A stretch of DNA of 57,374 nt, the filler included, from Jimgerdemannia flammicorona (Eukaryota), in the NCBI GenBank assembly GCA_003990765.1. It is 3 parts of 3 records of this genome, joined end to end, with 100 filler letters (N's around TTAATTAATTAA, not from the genome) between each part and the next. Parts side by side here need not be neighbours in the genome. Positions count along the whole stretch, not along the records: positions 1 to 19,061 come from RBNJ01002038.1; positions 19,162 to 38,220 come from RBNJ01002039.1; 1 more part is not named here. One strand, written 5' to 3'. The notes below the pieces were generated by a model that saw only the letters and a list, made by a program, of their open reading frames with translations, made no database searches and was not told the origin of the DNA. Numbering within the stretch: the stretch's first letter is position 1; every line of letters begins with the position of its first letter. This document shows, piece after piece, positions 10,905 through 23,819 of this stretch. Both the position numbers and the translations under genes were made by a program.

Positions 10905-13900
10905 TGATGATATCTTTGAAACCAGTAACATCAGAATTCGGAAGACTGTCTTGACTTTGCAAGCCACTAGTTGCAAGTTGCAACTCAATTGTGACTCATC
11001 TTGATCAGAAGATGATTTCTATCTGAATTCATAATAACTCATGATGAGTCCAATAGTATACTATCTCAAATCAGATAACTCTACCCTCTGGACCAAAGAA
11101 AAAGATCCTCAAGATATAAAAGAAGTATCAAGAGAAGAAGTACAAAACATCAATTACAAATAAGAGACTTATTATAAAATAAAATATATATTATTTGCCA
11201 AATAGTAAGGCCAAAGAACTACTTAGATCCATTAGTTCAAGAATGAATATTTTCTGATATCAAGAGAGTAATAAGATTGAGTACAAGAAGAACTCCTAGT
11301 CTGAACCTCTATTTTTTTTTTTTTTTTAATAGACTCAAAGTCCTGCAGATTTTTATTGAAAGAGAACCTAGACTTTATAGACCAAAACCCTCTCCCACTA
11401 CTCATCAAGCACTACTTCTCCATTAACTTAGGCTAACTATTATCTAGCAGCTCAACCATGCCAGGTGCAGTAGGGTCTATATTGGCCTATATCTCATTCT
11501 GTACACCATGCTCTCCCTATCACTAGGGAGAACTCAGCTATTACTAATAACTGAAAGTATATATCCAAAATCTCAACATATATACAAGACCACACTCAAG
11601 CTGAATAGAATAGCCCCTGCCACCCTAAAGAGAATGACAGATAAAGAAAAACCCTCATCAAAGTACATCATAGTAGATAGGACCTGATTCTCTCAGATGA
11701 GATAAGTAGAGGACTTATATATGAGGTAAGAGGAGACCCCTAATACTCTACTACTCAAGTCTATAGGTCTTGATCACATTGCTATATCAGCTCCCAGTTT
11801 TAGTTAAATGCAGCCAAGATGCCTGAAATGGATAGCCTCAGGCCCCCTGACCCCCCCCCCAATGATCAGGGCCCAACCTGTCAAATTGTTAAAAGAAGCT
11901 GAGAGTGATATCTACCACCTAACCACTCTGCACTAATTAAAAGATCTCACCAAAGCCCAGCCTAGTACTCTACTGGTTTACTATAATCACCCTTCCTCCT
12001 ATCTATAATGGCCATCTCTCCTCTCATCCCAACAATACCCAAAAAACAATTATCTATACCAGAACTATACTTACTGGGAAGCTTGCCAAAGCCAGAGGGC
12101 CCTACCACAAGTACTGAGGACCTATAGGTAATCTATACTGGGTATTTGATGCCTAAGGTTGGCCAACTTTCTATGTAACCTGTAATGTACCAAAACAGTA
12201 CCTTGTTGGTGATAGCAAAAGAAAGAAAGTACTACACCAAAATGAATGCACTCTAGATACAGCCAAAGGTACCAGAAACTATGAAAAAGTGGAGAAGACA
12301 CTGATTGAATATTGATAAAAGAGCAACTCATCACCATTGCCTCCCTCCTACTGCTCTGCAACAGGTACAGTAAACCAATCTGAGATAGAGGAGGTAATAA
12401 TTGTAGAAAGTAGACTTAGAAGATTGCTTACTAAACTATTGTAACTGGTAAGGTAGTAGAGAAAGAAGTGGTCTGAATCTTTATATAAGAGACTCTTACT
12501 ACTATACTCTTAACTGTCAAGAAATAGAATCAAGAATCACTACTGCTGCTATGTTTTTAGATATAATAAGAATGAGATAGAACATTACTTCTATTAAGAA
12601 TTCATATAAGTTAGCTCTTAAGAAATTGCAGATACTATATATATAGATGAGTATAAATAGAAATTATTTAAAAGAGTCCATCTAGTACTTTCAAAAAATC
12701 AAATCAAAGGTCTAATTTAATTTGAAATTTGATTTGAATAACTCTCAATTTGATTCAATTCGAATTGATTTAATTTATTTGGGAGTACTAAGTCTGCCAG
12801 ATCTTCAGATATATACTCTGGATTATTCTCAATCTAGAATATGTCAAAGTCTCTGATATTTAAGAACTAATAAGCTACTATACAGACTACTTTAAAGAAA
12901 TAGTTATAGAAGAGGCCCAATCTACTATTATAGTTAAGAGTGATGAAGTTCAAGACCTTTGGAACTCTATCCTAGAGAACAATTCAGACCAATTCATCTA
13001 TAGCCTGATTGTACTATTTCAAGACTCTCTCTTGAGAGTTTACTATCTTCAGAATTCTACAGATATTTTCTACTTCATAAATAACAATACTATTGACTAG
13101 TGATCTCAAGAGTAGAATAACTATGTACTCTTTGGTGATATTATCAATAATGACATCACTCTCTCAAACAACTTAGAGAATAATGGCAACCCACTTATCC
13201 TACTAGAAGATGATATTAACAACTTTCTTTTCTCACTCTCAGAGCCTACCACTATCCTCAGCACAATTGTGGGGGATGCAGAAAATGATTTGTTCAGACT
13301 CTCTGAAGAAAATGAAGAAGAGGATAAGAATGATATAATTCTAGTCATATAAATTTTAAGATATATAAAAACAGCTCTATTAGTCAAATTGAGTAAGTTA
13401 GTTAGTTATATAAATAGTGACTGCATATTAACTAGCCAACTTTATTACAAATATAAAATTAGTCTTATCTAGTTAGTTAGTCATCCAAATTTCAAAAGTA
13501 TGCTAAATATTATCTTTTAGTAATTATGAGTTATATATAACTAATTATCTAGTCTTATATATACATAGTTTGAAAACTATATAAATATCTCTTGATCTAT
13601 AGTAAATAAACCTCAGTCAATTAGTTTTACCAACTTAAGTTCTAAAAGAGAGTATAAGAACTTTGGAAAAAGACTTCAAGAGTTGAAGAATTACTCTTGC
13701 TACTGTCTCAGAAATCAAGTCCAGTTAGAAACTTAAGAATAATATATAAATAAGTTAATTAGATTGCTGTTGATTGATTTATAATACCAACTTAAGTTCT
13801 GAAAGATAAGAGAAGTCAAGTGCAAGAACTTTGGAAAAAGACTCCAAGAGCTAAAGAACTACCCTTTGCCACTACCTCAGAACTCAGATATCATAAACCT
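10905..13900 (+). mobile_element. Decayed, divergent relative of the LTR of the 43377-52162 element, interrupted by a LINE fragment; boundaries approximate
   Basis: Alignable blocks: caagaagaactcctagt (11284) vs 43718; cagatcttcag..gatgaagttcaagacctttgg (12798-12962) vs 43948-44112; strongly CpG-depleted. Confidence 0.65.
11312..12470 (-). mobile_element. 5'-truncated LINE 3' end with poly(A) tail and 13-bp TSD
   Basis: Poly(T) at 11312-11327; AATAAA upstream on the minus strand; TSD gtctgaacctcta (11299-11311) vs gtctgaatcttta (12471-12483); homologous to 41595-42702. Confidence 0.85.
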
Positions 13901-14100
13901 CAGAAATTAGATATAAGACTCTAAAACTTAAGAGATATAAGTCAGTCAGTTAAAGCTGCTACAGAAAATTATTACAAAACTCAAGATACAAGACCACAGA
14001 AATTGGATATAAGATTACAAAACTCAAGATATAAGTCAGTCAGTTAAAAAATTACTACAGAAATCAGAAACAAGATTAGAAAATACTACTATAGTCAGAT
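13880..14100. repeat. Degenerate short tandem repeats (~21-bp core such as aaactcaagatataag / cagaaattagatataag)
   Basis: Repeated gatataag-containing units; gtcagtcagttaaa occurs twice (13940, 14036). Confidence 0.55.
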
Positions 14101-14710
14101 AAAACTATCAGGAAACTCAGTTTAGGATACCAGAATAACTACCAATATACCAGAAAACTCAAGAATAACATATAATATAAATAATCACCCTTTTGATATA
14201 AATGGCCAGTTATATAACTAATGACTCAAGATATATAAATTCTAACTTGATATGAATGAGAACAAATTAAACAGCAGATAAAGTAAATATTAAGTCAGAA
14301 GTATTATTGGAAAACAAATAGGATATAGTATAGACAATTCAGTAGTATATTGAGCCATATATATCAGCAAACCAGATATACAAATCATATAGAACATTTT
14401 GAGGGCTCAATCAGGAAATTTTTCTAAAGACTTGACTATTTAACTTAAGAGCCCAACAGTTATCTATAGTGGATAATTTAGGTGAAGCTAGCCAGCAGTA
14501 AAGTCAGAACTAATATCAGCCCACTTTTGAAAAAGAAGCCTATACTATTGTCAAGATAATTCTCACTCTGTTCAGAACCAGTAGTCAAGAAACTAAGTTA
14601 GAAGAAAGATTATAATTTATCAGGCACCTTTCTCCTATATAATTCATGTTACACCAACTTCAAGCAATGGTTTTTCGACATAACTTAGAGAAAAGGTATT
14701 ATAATAATAT

Positions 14711-17700
14711 CATCAAGCAAGAGTTCTGATGGGTGTGCTGGGTCAGGTGGACCTGGGGCTTTTGGCTGGCAGAATGTGGAGAGGGGTTATGGCCTGGAGA
14801 TGGGGGCCTTTGGAGGGTCGAAGGGTGCCAAGGGCTCTGGAGGTAGACTGGTGTCTGGTAGTCATATGGAGAGGCCTGGCCCCCCAAGCTTTGCAGATAA
14901 GGTGAAGGAGAGTGGGTGGCCAGCTGGATCTAGAGCTGGTGCTGCTGTAGGGAAGGGCAAGGCAAGCCTAGAGAGGGGGAGAGGTACTCAGGTTGGGGAT
15001 GCAAGCATAGGTGCTGGAGGTGCTATGGCTGGGGATGGGACTGCTGATGGAAGTGTGATGGGGAATCAGAAAAAAAAAAGAGATGTAACAGCTGATGGCG
15101 GAGTGGGGCAGGGGTTCTCAATGTGAAAGGGGAATCTGGCCGATGGTGTAATGGAGCTGGTGATTGCACTGTTACTCAGAAAATTGATCTCAGAGTTTGT
15201 AGTGACACTGTGCTTCTGAGGCTTAGCAGTGACAATGAGGATGGTCTTGGGGCTTATCTCGAAGCAGGTGGCTGGGGCCACATTGGTGAAGTTCCTGAAG
15301 GGTCTGGAGGGGGTTGAGGTGGGCTTTGAGAAGGCAGGCCCCCTGGAAGAGGCTCTGAAGACTGGAGTGGCTGTTGGGGAGGTAGTAGTCCCCATGGTGC
15401 ATTGTCTGAGGTGGGACCCCAGGGTGGTACAGCTGCTAGTGAAGGGGGTACCTATGGTGATGAAAGAGGAGACTAGGAGGAGGGTAGAGGAGGTGATAAT
15501 GGAGTATGGCAATGTGGTGGATGTCAGTTTCTAGGTATGGGAGAGGACCTCTATCAGGACAGATGATATAGATGTAAGGATTAGACTGGCTGAAAGAGAG
15601 GCCACAGGGAAGATGAGTGACTGGCCCTCAGTGTTGATGTGGGGGGCTTTTGTCTGTAAGGTGTCAAGGGTGAGAGAGAGTGAAGAGGAGGAAGAGAACT
15701 TTTTAGAGGCTTTGAAGAAGTTGAGTGGTGCTGTTGAGAGGAGGGTAAAGGCTTGGAAACTGTATGAGGAGTCAACACATCTGGAGATTATTGATAGGAA
15801 GCATATTCATACTGATAAGAGATAGTAGGAGAGGGCTCAAGGGTGCAGGAGGCAGAGGGAGTTATTGGCAAGCATGAAAGATAGGGTTAAGATGATAACT
15901 GGGGGCCTTGCGAAGTCTGGGAGAGTAATGGCAAGTGACTGGGCTAGCTAGAGAGGTAGTGATAGAGAGAAGGGCCTGGAAGGAGCTGAGAAGGCACTAC
16001 CCAAGGACCTGTTTGCTGATGGTACTTTTGAGGTCTGGGACCTGGTTGTTAATGACACTCCCCCTCTGATCAGGAGGGGTCCAGCAGTGAGAAGTTGGGT
16101 GGCAGAGGATGAGCTGATGCAGGGTGCTCAAAAGGTACACTTTGGGGTTCCTGACATGACTAAGGGTAGACAGGTGGTGGTCATTAGTGAGGATGAGCTG
16201 GTGGTTGTCCCCAAGGAGGGATGGGATGAGACTGCTAGTGTAGGGGCTGATACTATGATGCTGGATGCTGGAAGGCCAGGGATACCAGGAGGGAAGGAGG
16301 TGGGGAACCTGCTGTAGATGAGTAAGATAATAGATAACCTTGTAGCTGAGGAGCTGGGGGAGGTGGACCTGCAAGTGATGAGTGAGAAGTACTGGGCAGA
16401 GATTCTGAGGGGAGAGAGAGTGATGGGGGCACTGAAGATGGAGATTCTTGCGATTTTCATAGAGAAGGAGGGCTATGAGATTGATAACGAGTAGGAGGCA
16501 GAGCTTATGGTGGTTGCTGGTGAGAGGGCTGCCTACTGTTGGACTGAGCGACATGGTTTGCAGCTCTGGCAGGAGGTGTGTCTGGAATATCATGAGGACT
16601 TTGAGGAAAAGGAGGATGGGGCAATAGCTGAACTTCTGGAAGGGTTGGAAGTATGGGCAGCTGAGGAGAAGGTGTTGGCTGCTGAACATGACTTGGACTT
16701 GGCACAGGAGGAGTTGAATGCAGATTTGTAGAGGCTGCAATTGATATCTAACATTATTCCTAATGAACAGTACAACTAACATTTTCTCTCAGAACGTGAA
16801 TGGATTACAGGGTACTGGGCAGTGTAAGAACATTTTTACTTAGCTGAAGGGATTGGAGGTGGACCTCTTTTTAATACAGGATATATGGTGTGAGGATGAG
16901 ATAGATCAAGTAGAGTGGACTAGAGAATAGGGAGGAGCTACTGCTTGGAATGGCAAAGTGGCAATTCTGGTAAGGAAGGATAGAGGGGACTTGAGTGGAA
17001 TTCAGAGCTGGGGTGACTGTTTGATCTGAGGAGATTGGCATCAACCTGGGTGGGAATTAGTGAGAGTTGGCTCCTACTACTGTCCTACAGTTAGGAGGGA
17101 GCAGATTGAGTGGATTAGGGATCTGTTAGAGGAGGGTGTCTTCTTGGAAAAAGGTGTCAATGTTCTGGGGAATGACTTTAATATGGTAAGGGATCCACAG
17201 CTGGATCGAACTGATGGAGGGAGGAGTGCAGGTGGAAGAAGTGGTGGACTAGATAAGTGGGAGGAGGTGGAGACCCTTAGCTCCTTAGAAGATATGGGCA
17301 GAATATGGTGGGGTGACAGGAGGGTCTATACATACTGGGTAAATGGACTGGGTATGAGGATTGACTGGATTCTGATGGCCAAATGTTGGGGTATTGATAT
17401 ATGGAGGACTTTGACAGTAGAGTGGTGCCCTTGGTCTGATCACTAGGGGCTATTGGGGCAGGGACAGTTTGGGGGGAGCGGAGATGGACCCAGATATTGG
17501 TACCTTAACTCCTCTCTACTGGCTGAGCAGGGTTTGTGGGACTCATGGATGGCAGATATCTAAGTGAAGATTGCCACCTAGATAAGTGAGGGTGCATCTG
17601 TGGATATCTAGTGAATAAGACTGAAGGAGGCTACAAGGGTTTATTGAGAAGAAGCTAGTAGAGAGGCTGTGAGGCAGAGAAGGAAGTGAGTGAGGTGTGC

Positions 17701-17861
17701 TTCCAACAGGCTGATTAGATTGCAGATAGAGTAGACTGAGTTGCTTTGCTCTAAAGAGGTGGAGGATTGGAGGTTGGAGCAGGTGAAATTGGAGGTAATG
17801 GAGCTATAATATATATTGTGAGCTGAGGAGGAGATATATATAAATGGAATGGCTGCCAGAC
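14711..17861 (+). mobile_element. Decayed L1/Tx1-like LINE: ORF1 plus APE endonuclease of ORF2, cut by an LTR insertion
   Basis: ORF2 from ATG 16763: NIFSQNVNGL..DLFLIQD..NDFNMVRDPQLDR..YTYW..RIDWIL..WSDH..YWYLNSSLL. Upstream ORF1 has in-frame stops. G-rich sense strand, CpG-depleted. Confidence 0.85.
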
Positions 17862-19016
17862 TGTAAGAGGGTTACTTTCTTAGGGAAACCATTACATAGT
17901 TCTGAAAGGGTTTTTCTGGAAATTCTGGATATTCTGGAAGACTGTTTTCTTATGGTCAAGATCAATTTTGTATGAAGTATGTCCTCTACACTTATTGATT
18001 TCAAGTTCAGGTTGACATCTCAACCAAATCCTTTTTCGGACTAGTTCTGGATGTTCAGGATTTTCCATATTTCAGGAAGTTCAAGAAACTAAGACCAGCT
18101 TAGTTGAATTGGCATATTGCTGCAGACAATACCCAATTAGGAAATTTCATGATGTGGTTAGAAGTGAGACCTAACAGGGGGTGGATTTACTTAAGAGTAG
18201 TTGGAGGGTTATTAAATAGGTTTATTCGCTATTCATGCTATTGCTATACTAGGAGTAGTTGTGTGAAGGGATATTGTGGGGAAGTGCTTAGGAGTTGTTG
18301 TGTTCAGATTGTTCAGGTCTGAGATTCTGAGGTCTGGGGGAGGGGATATTTATACTAGTGAGAGGCTATCTGGACTATGCTGAATATGGATGTAGCACTA
18401 AGTGCCTTGCTGAGTTGGAATGCAGTCACATAGTACAAGTATGATCTGACATGTAAAGAGATCGTCTGACTGCTGAGTCAGTTCACAGTCATGTCATATA
18501 AGGCTAATCTAACTATACTATGACTACTAGACTATTTATAGGTTTAGGCACTGTCTGGGTAGTCTTCGATGATATCACCATCAATTGCATTATCTCTGAT
18601 AAAGTAGTCATCTAGAAAGAGTGGTGCGCAGATTACTTCTCCTTGTTCACTAAGGTAATAATACATTGGAACTTCATCTCCATCCCACAAGATTGCATCA
18701 TCAGTCTCGTATGCAGGGTAAGGTGTTGGTGGGTGAAAGAGGGGTGCATCATCTTTACTTTTATTGGTTTTGCTATCTGCATATCTTCTATAGGTTACAG
18801 CACTATGAGTCGCGGGGTTGTAGTAAGCTGATAGCTGTGATTCATGTCACTCATACTCAGGTGGTAGAGTGGTTGGTTCAATCTTGAGGGTTGTCTAGAG
18901 GTATAGATTGTGTTCTCTAGTCTCTTCATTGTAGTTGAAGTAATCATGGGTGAATGTGGGTTGGTATTCGTGCCAGTGGTCATTGTCCCAATAAGTCTCA
19001 TATGCTGTTATGAATT

Positions 19017-19017
<1 letters not shown>
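17862..19017 (-). mobile_element. LTR of the 52938 family, reverse orientation, 5' part lost at contig end
   Basis: Reverse complement of 17862-~18600 matches 53680-54417 including the ...ctcttaca terminus; no PBS follows, so it is a solo or 3' LTR. Confidence 0.88.
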
Positions 19018-19061
<44 letters not shown>

Positions 19062-19161
19062 NNNNNNNNNNNNNNNNNNNNNNNNNNNNNNNNNNNNNNN
19101 NNNNNTTAATTAATTAANNNNNNNNNNNNNNNNNNNNNNNNNNNNNNNNNNNNNNNNNNNN
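19062..19161. other. Artificial contig linker (44 N + TTAATTAATTAA + 44 N)
   Basis: Six-frame-stop spacer flanked by homopolymer contig ends; identical to 38221-38320. Confidence 0.97.
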
Positions 19162-19203
<42 letters not shown>

Positions 19204-20248
19204 AGCAGAGCGGAAGAGTTTGAGTCAGATCCTCCCGTGTAAGCCACATTCTCCACGTGCGCAGGATTCATAGCTTCTAACTTGTCTTGGCAATAGCCTT
19301 TCACAACCTAATATATGGTGCATGAACAGACATACCTCTGGTGAGGGAACGGCGTCGCCAAGAGAATCCACAGAAAATATCTGACCTATACCGCACATTT
19401 GTGAGATAGTAGTCGATACCAACGAAATAACCCGAGTATAATCAATCTCTGGAAGTTTCTTCTTTTTTTTTCTAAAAAAAATAAAAAGGGAGGGAGTATT
19501 ATTGATGTCCTGTGGCTAGAAAGAAAACTAAAGTACTAGTAATACGAGACACGTGACCGGACACACAACGTGCACGAAGAACGAGGGCTTTTGACGCGCC
19601 CGAGGCTAGGGTTGAACGGATGGCGTGATGGGGTGCGGCGGGTGTGTCGTTTATGGCTACTATAAGTGCCAGCTTTTGGAGTTTGTGGTTGCTATGGGGT
19701 GCTGCTATAAGTTCCCTTGCAATGATAGGTACGGGGCAGGTGAAGGTATACAGTGCGGAGGATTGCATGCCGCTACGGACTGATAATGTATGTACCTTTC
19801 CGTCGTTCGTGATTTGAGTGGGAAGATCTTTTTTTGGGCGCACGCAATCCCACTCAATCACTTAATTTGGCATTCCCAAACGCATTGAGCGGAGACCATC
19901 TTGCTACACAGCAGGAGATGAGGGCTATATCACACGGAGGGCAAGGTCATCTGGGCATGTGATCCGCCGCGCCGCACTCCAAATCAGAGTGAATGTTGGC
20001 TGGAGGGCTATGGGCGATGATTGATGAAGGTTTGGGGTGATTGGGAGGGTCTCATCTGGGTATGTGGTGAAGGGTGGGCTCAAAAGGGAATTTGGCAGTT
20101 GCTAGGTGGCACTCGGAACATGTTCCCCATTATAGCCGCAATCGACAAATCCAGCCGTGACGTGACAAAGCCAAGCCCCCTCCCCTCCATAAATCTGGGA
20201 CTGCCACGACTTCTTCCTTTAATCCCCCCCTCCCACCCCCATCCCCAT

Positions 20249-22935
20249 ATGCACCACCACCATCACCAGCAGGACTCCTCTTCCGTCCAGGTCTACAACA
20301 TGGCCCCCGTGCCAGACCAGTCTGACAATTTTGATTCTGACGGTTCCAACGACGACCAGGCCGATAACAGCAACACCGGCAACGGCGGTGGCATTGACCT
20401 CGACCTCTCTGCAAACCCTGACCTCCGCAAGCTCGCCATGGAATCCACCGAAACCCTCGAGGCCCTCGCGGCCAAGACGAATTCGGCTGCACCTGGTGCC
20501 GCGGCCGATAAGGCGAGGTCGCTGTTTGTCACGACATGGTAGGTTTTTTGGGCTGAGATGTCTCCGACTCGCTATGCAATGCGCGTCAACCCGCGTCAAC
20601 CCGCGTCAATCTTATACACACACACACACATATATATATATATATTACAGGCTCTTTGAGAATTACGAAGTCGAAGAGGATCATAATGTCCCGCGAAGCA
20701 GCATGTACGCACACTATAACAAGGTCTGTCAGCAACAAGGGGTGCGTCCCGTCAACTCCGCAAGTTTTGGAAAGTTGATCCGTACTGTCTTCCCGATTTT
20801 GAAGACTCGGAGGTTGGGAACAAGGGGACAGTCAAAATATCCTTTTTTTTTATTCTCATACGCGGGGCGAGAACCACCGCGAGGTTTACCAAGATGTTTT
20901 TCCCCCCTAGCCATCCGTTATTCCTTGACTTACTTTTTCACACGTACCATTACTGCGGCATCCGCATAAGGAACCCGGCAAACCCGGTCAGGAGGTCGGG
21001 CGCTCCACAACGATCATTAGACCTACCCGCAGGTCCTGCACACATGCTGTCGATTGCCAAGTACAAACCCTCCATATTTTTACAGTGCATCCTTCTACCG
21101 CCTTCCAAACCGCAACCCCCACCTAGATAAACCCGTCTCACATCTTTTTTACATTCCTCCACATCAGCCACGAACCCCCCCTCTCGATCGACGGGCAGCC
21201 CTCGAGCTTCACCTCTCTGGATCAGCAGAGCCTGTACGCGCACCCATCCCTGTCCTCGGGCGGCGCGCACGTGGTTCCGTCGGCACACCATTTCCAGTCT
21301 GCCAACCCGGATGACAAGGAGGTGGTACGGCTGCCCGAGTTCTCGCCCGTGCTGGAGACCGGGCCGCCGCAAGGCGTTTCCATCAGCGCTGCGCAGCAGT
21401 TCATACATCAGTACTACCGTGTCCACTGTCAACAGATCCTGGAGAAGATTCAGATGACGAAATTTTTGGAGGTTCGACGGACGCGTCGTCTTTGGGCGTG
21501 CGGGTGGGATGTGGATGGTGTATGCGTATGGCATTGTTTTTGGAGATGGTCAGTTGATGTGCCTTTTTCCCGATGATTTCCAGGTGGAATCGGTCATCGA
21601 GCGGTACTGGCAAGACTTGCCACACGAGCAGCGTGAGGTTGCCGATACACCAGAAATGATTGAACATATATGCCGTGCAGATTCCGTCTTGTACGAGGTA
21701 CGCCTCATACAATTTCTGCCTGTTCAGAAAAAAAGGTCATGTCGTTAATCGAAGTTTTGTATGTCAGTACTTACTGATTGGCGCAATATGCTCTCCGCTT
21801 CCACGTTCATTCTTTGGCCAAACAAGACCGTCATGACATCGCTCTTGCCCAGTGTGCTGCACATGATGCCCATCAACCTTATTCAGACTGTCCGGCACTT
21901 TGCTCGACAGCTTGAATTTTGGATAGCCACCGCCACGACGAGCTACTCCCAGGAGCTTCGCTCGGGTAAGGGCCAAGGTATGTTGGATTGTTTCGAGTTC
22001 AAACCATGGGGGAGAGATATATAAGGACCATCACAGCTCATCAATTTCTACGGTTCGATTAATGCGAACTGAACAATGCGAACTAAACGCACCTCTACCT
22101 CTTTCTTGCCCTTGGCGAACACAACAGTGGCCCACGTGTTTACGCAGCAACTCCGGCGACATACGTCGCTCAACCACTTGGCACAGGCAGCGGCGGCGGT
22201 GCTGGAGAGTCCCGAACAGATGACGGCGATGATGATCGACTGGGGTCGAATCGACTTTGAAAATATCCGTGATCAGGCGTCGTGGGTGTGCGAATGCCAC
22301 AAGAACGATATCATGCAGAACAGTGAGTGTCGACTTGTTTTTGGGTTCTTGCGCAGGGGTTTATGCGTGATCCGTCTCATGGGGCAGTCGTTCTCTTGAT
22401 AAATCAAACGTCGCCGTGCTCATATGCTCTTTCAACAGTGGAGGTCGACTTCAAGCATCTGCTGAAGAACGGGGTCAGGTTGGAGAACTGGACAAACTGG
22501 CTGGAGGGCGTCGTCGCGCGTTATTTGGATGAGGTTAGTGTTATCTGAAGATTGTGATTGAATCCCATTTTGGCATGATGACGTGAGGCGTGCATCATGA
22601 CTGAAACATTCGCGTCCCATACATGGAATCTTGCATATAGAAAGAGACACCGCGCTACGTGTACAACGCGCGTCAGTTCCTTATGAAATGGTCCTTCTAC
22701 TCGTCGCTGGCCATCCGCGATTTGACGATGAAGAGCGCGAACAGTTTCGGTATGTCATTTTTGCGCTCTTGGTTCCTTTTTGAAATTGATCTTTTGGTAT
22801 TGAAATTTCTTTGCTTTCCTCGGACTCGTCCCCCAACCAGGCTCATTCCACATCATGCGCCTCTTCTTCGACGAGTACATCTTCTACCTCGTGGAGCAGC
22901 GCATTGCCGCGGTCAACACGAAGCAACAGTTCCAC

Positions 22936-23000
<65 letters not shown>

Positions 23001-23022
23001 GGGTTCTTCAAATTTTGTGTGA
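20249..23022 (+). CDS. RFX: RFX-family winged-helix transcription factor (Sak1/Rfx1-like) with dimerisation domain and poly-Q tail
   Basis: DBD [54 protein letters not shown]. Also LRRHTSLNHLAQAA, ARQFLMKWSFYSSLAIRDLTMKSANSFGSFHIMRLFFDEYIFYLVE. Stop at 23020-23022; start ATG uncertain. Confidence 0.93.
20837..20943 (+). other. U12-type (minor spliceosome) AT-AC intron
   Basis: 5' site ATATCCTTT, branch TTCCTTGAC (20921-20929), 3' AC; removal restores GQSK-YHYCG. Confidence 0.92.
22943..22998 (+). repeat. (CAG)n tract encoding poly-Q in RFX
   Basis: CAG run with CAA interruptions in the last exon. Confidence 0.9.
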
Positions 23023-23819
23023 AAGTAATTTCAGCGAGGACGACTGGTTTTGCTGGTCTCACATTGCATGACAGGGTCATGATGTTGTACAGATTTGTCA
23101 TTTTTGCCTTTCTCCTTCCTGGATTTATTTGTCGTTTCTCATCCACGTTCGTAGAAGTCAGCAAATAAGTATCTTGCAATCGCCTCCTTCACCACCTTTT
23201 TTTTTTTTTTCCTCTCCCCTTTTTTTTTTTTTTTTTTCCTCTCCCCTTTTTTCTTCTTTATTTTCATTCGAATCTTCATTGCCCATATGCGCAAATAGTT
23301 GAAAATAATGATGTATTGGAATATGTGTGAAATGATGCAAGTTGTTTTCTCTTCCGTACGATGGGAGGCCATTTTTGCCGAGGCGCATGTCGCTGCCGGA
23401 GACGTACCAAGCTAATCCGCGGGGTTTGAAAAAGTCGAGCGGACAATCTTACGGGAGTCGAGATCGTTTATTTTTGGAATTGTTCTCGATCTGTGGCATC
23501 AGTAACACGATCGATTATCGACCAACATTATATAACTATGAATGTCCAAAAACGACTTAATTAGTCCTAATCCCAACAAATATATATATATACTTCATTT
23601 GAAAGGAAGAAGGAAAAAAAAAAAAAATCATCTATAATCAGCGAAAAACTCGTACCTGAAACCACACTACCCTCTCACAAACATGCGAGATCTCATGGAC
23701 TGTGACTGGGACTTGTGCCGAGGGCAGGGAACGCCGCAATAACTCGATCTGTCGGGCTGGCGTGGGCAATTCGATATGGAGTATTCTCACAACACCAAGC
23801 GCCTCAGCTCACAATACCT

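Noticed and set aside
19106..19117. TTAATTAATTAA palindrome (also 38265-38276) as a biological site
   Set aside because: It sits symmetrically within N runs; it is an assembly linker.
19162..19202. Long G run as G-quadruplex or poly-Pro coding
   Set aside because: It is a contig-end homopolymer with unreliable length.
19203..19861. Minus-strand gene fragment at the contig start
   Set aside because: No convincing splice model or homology.
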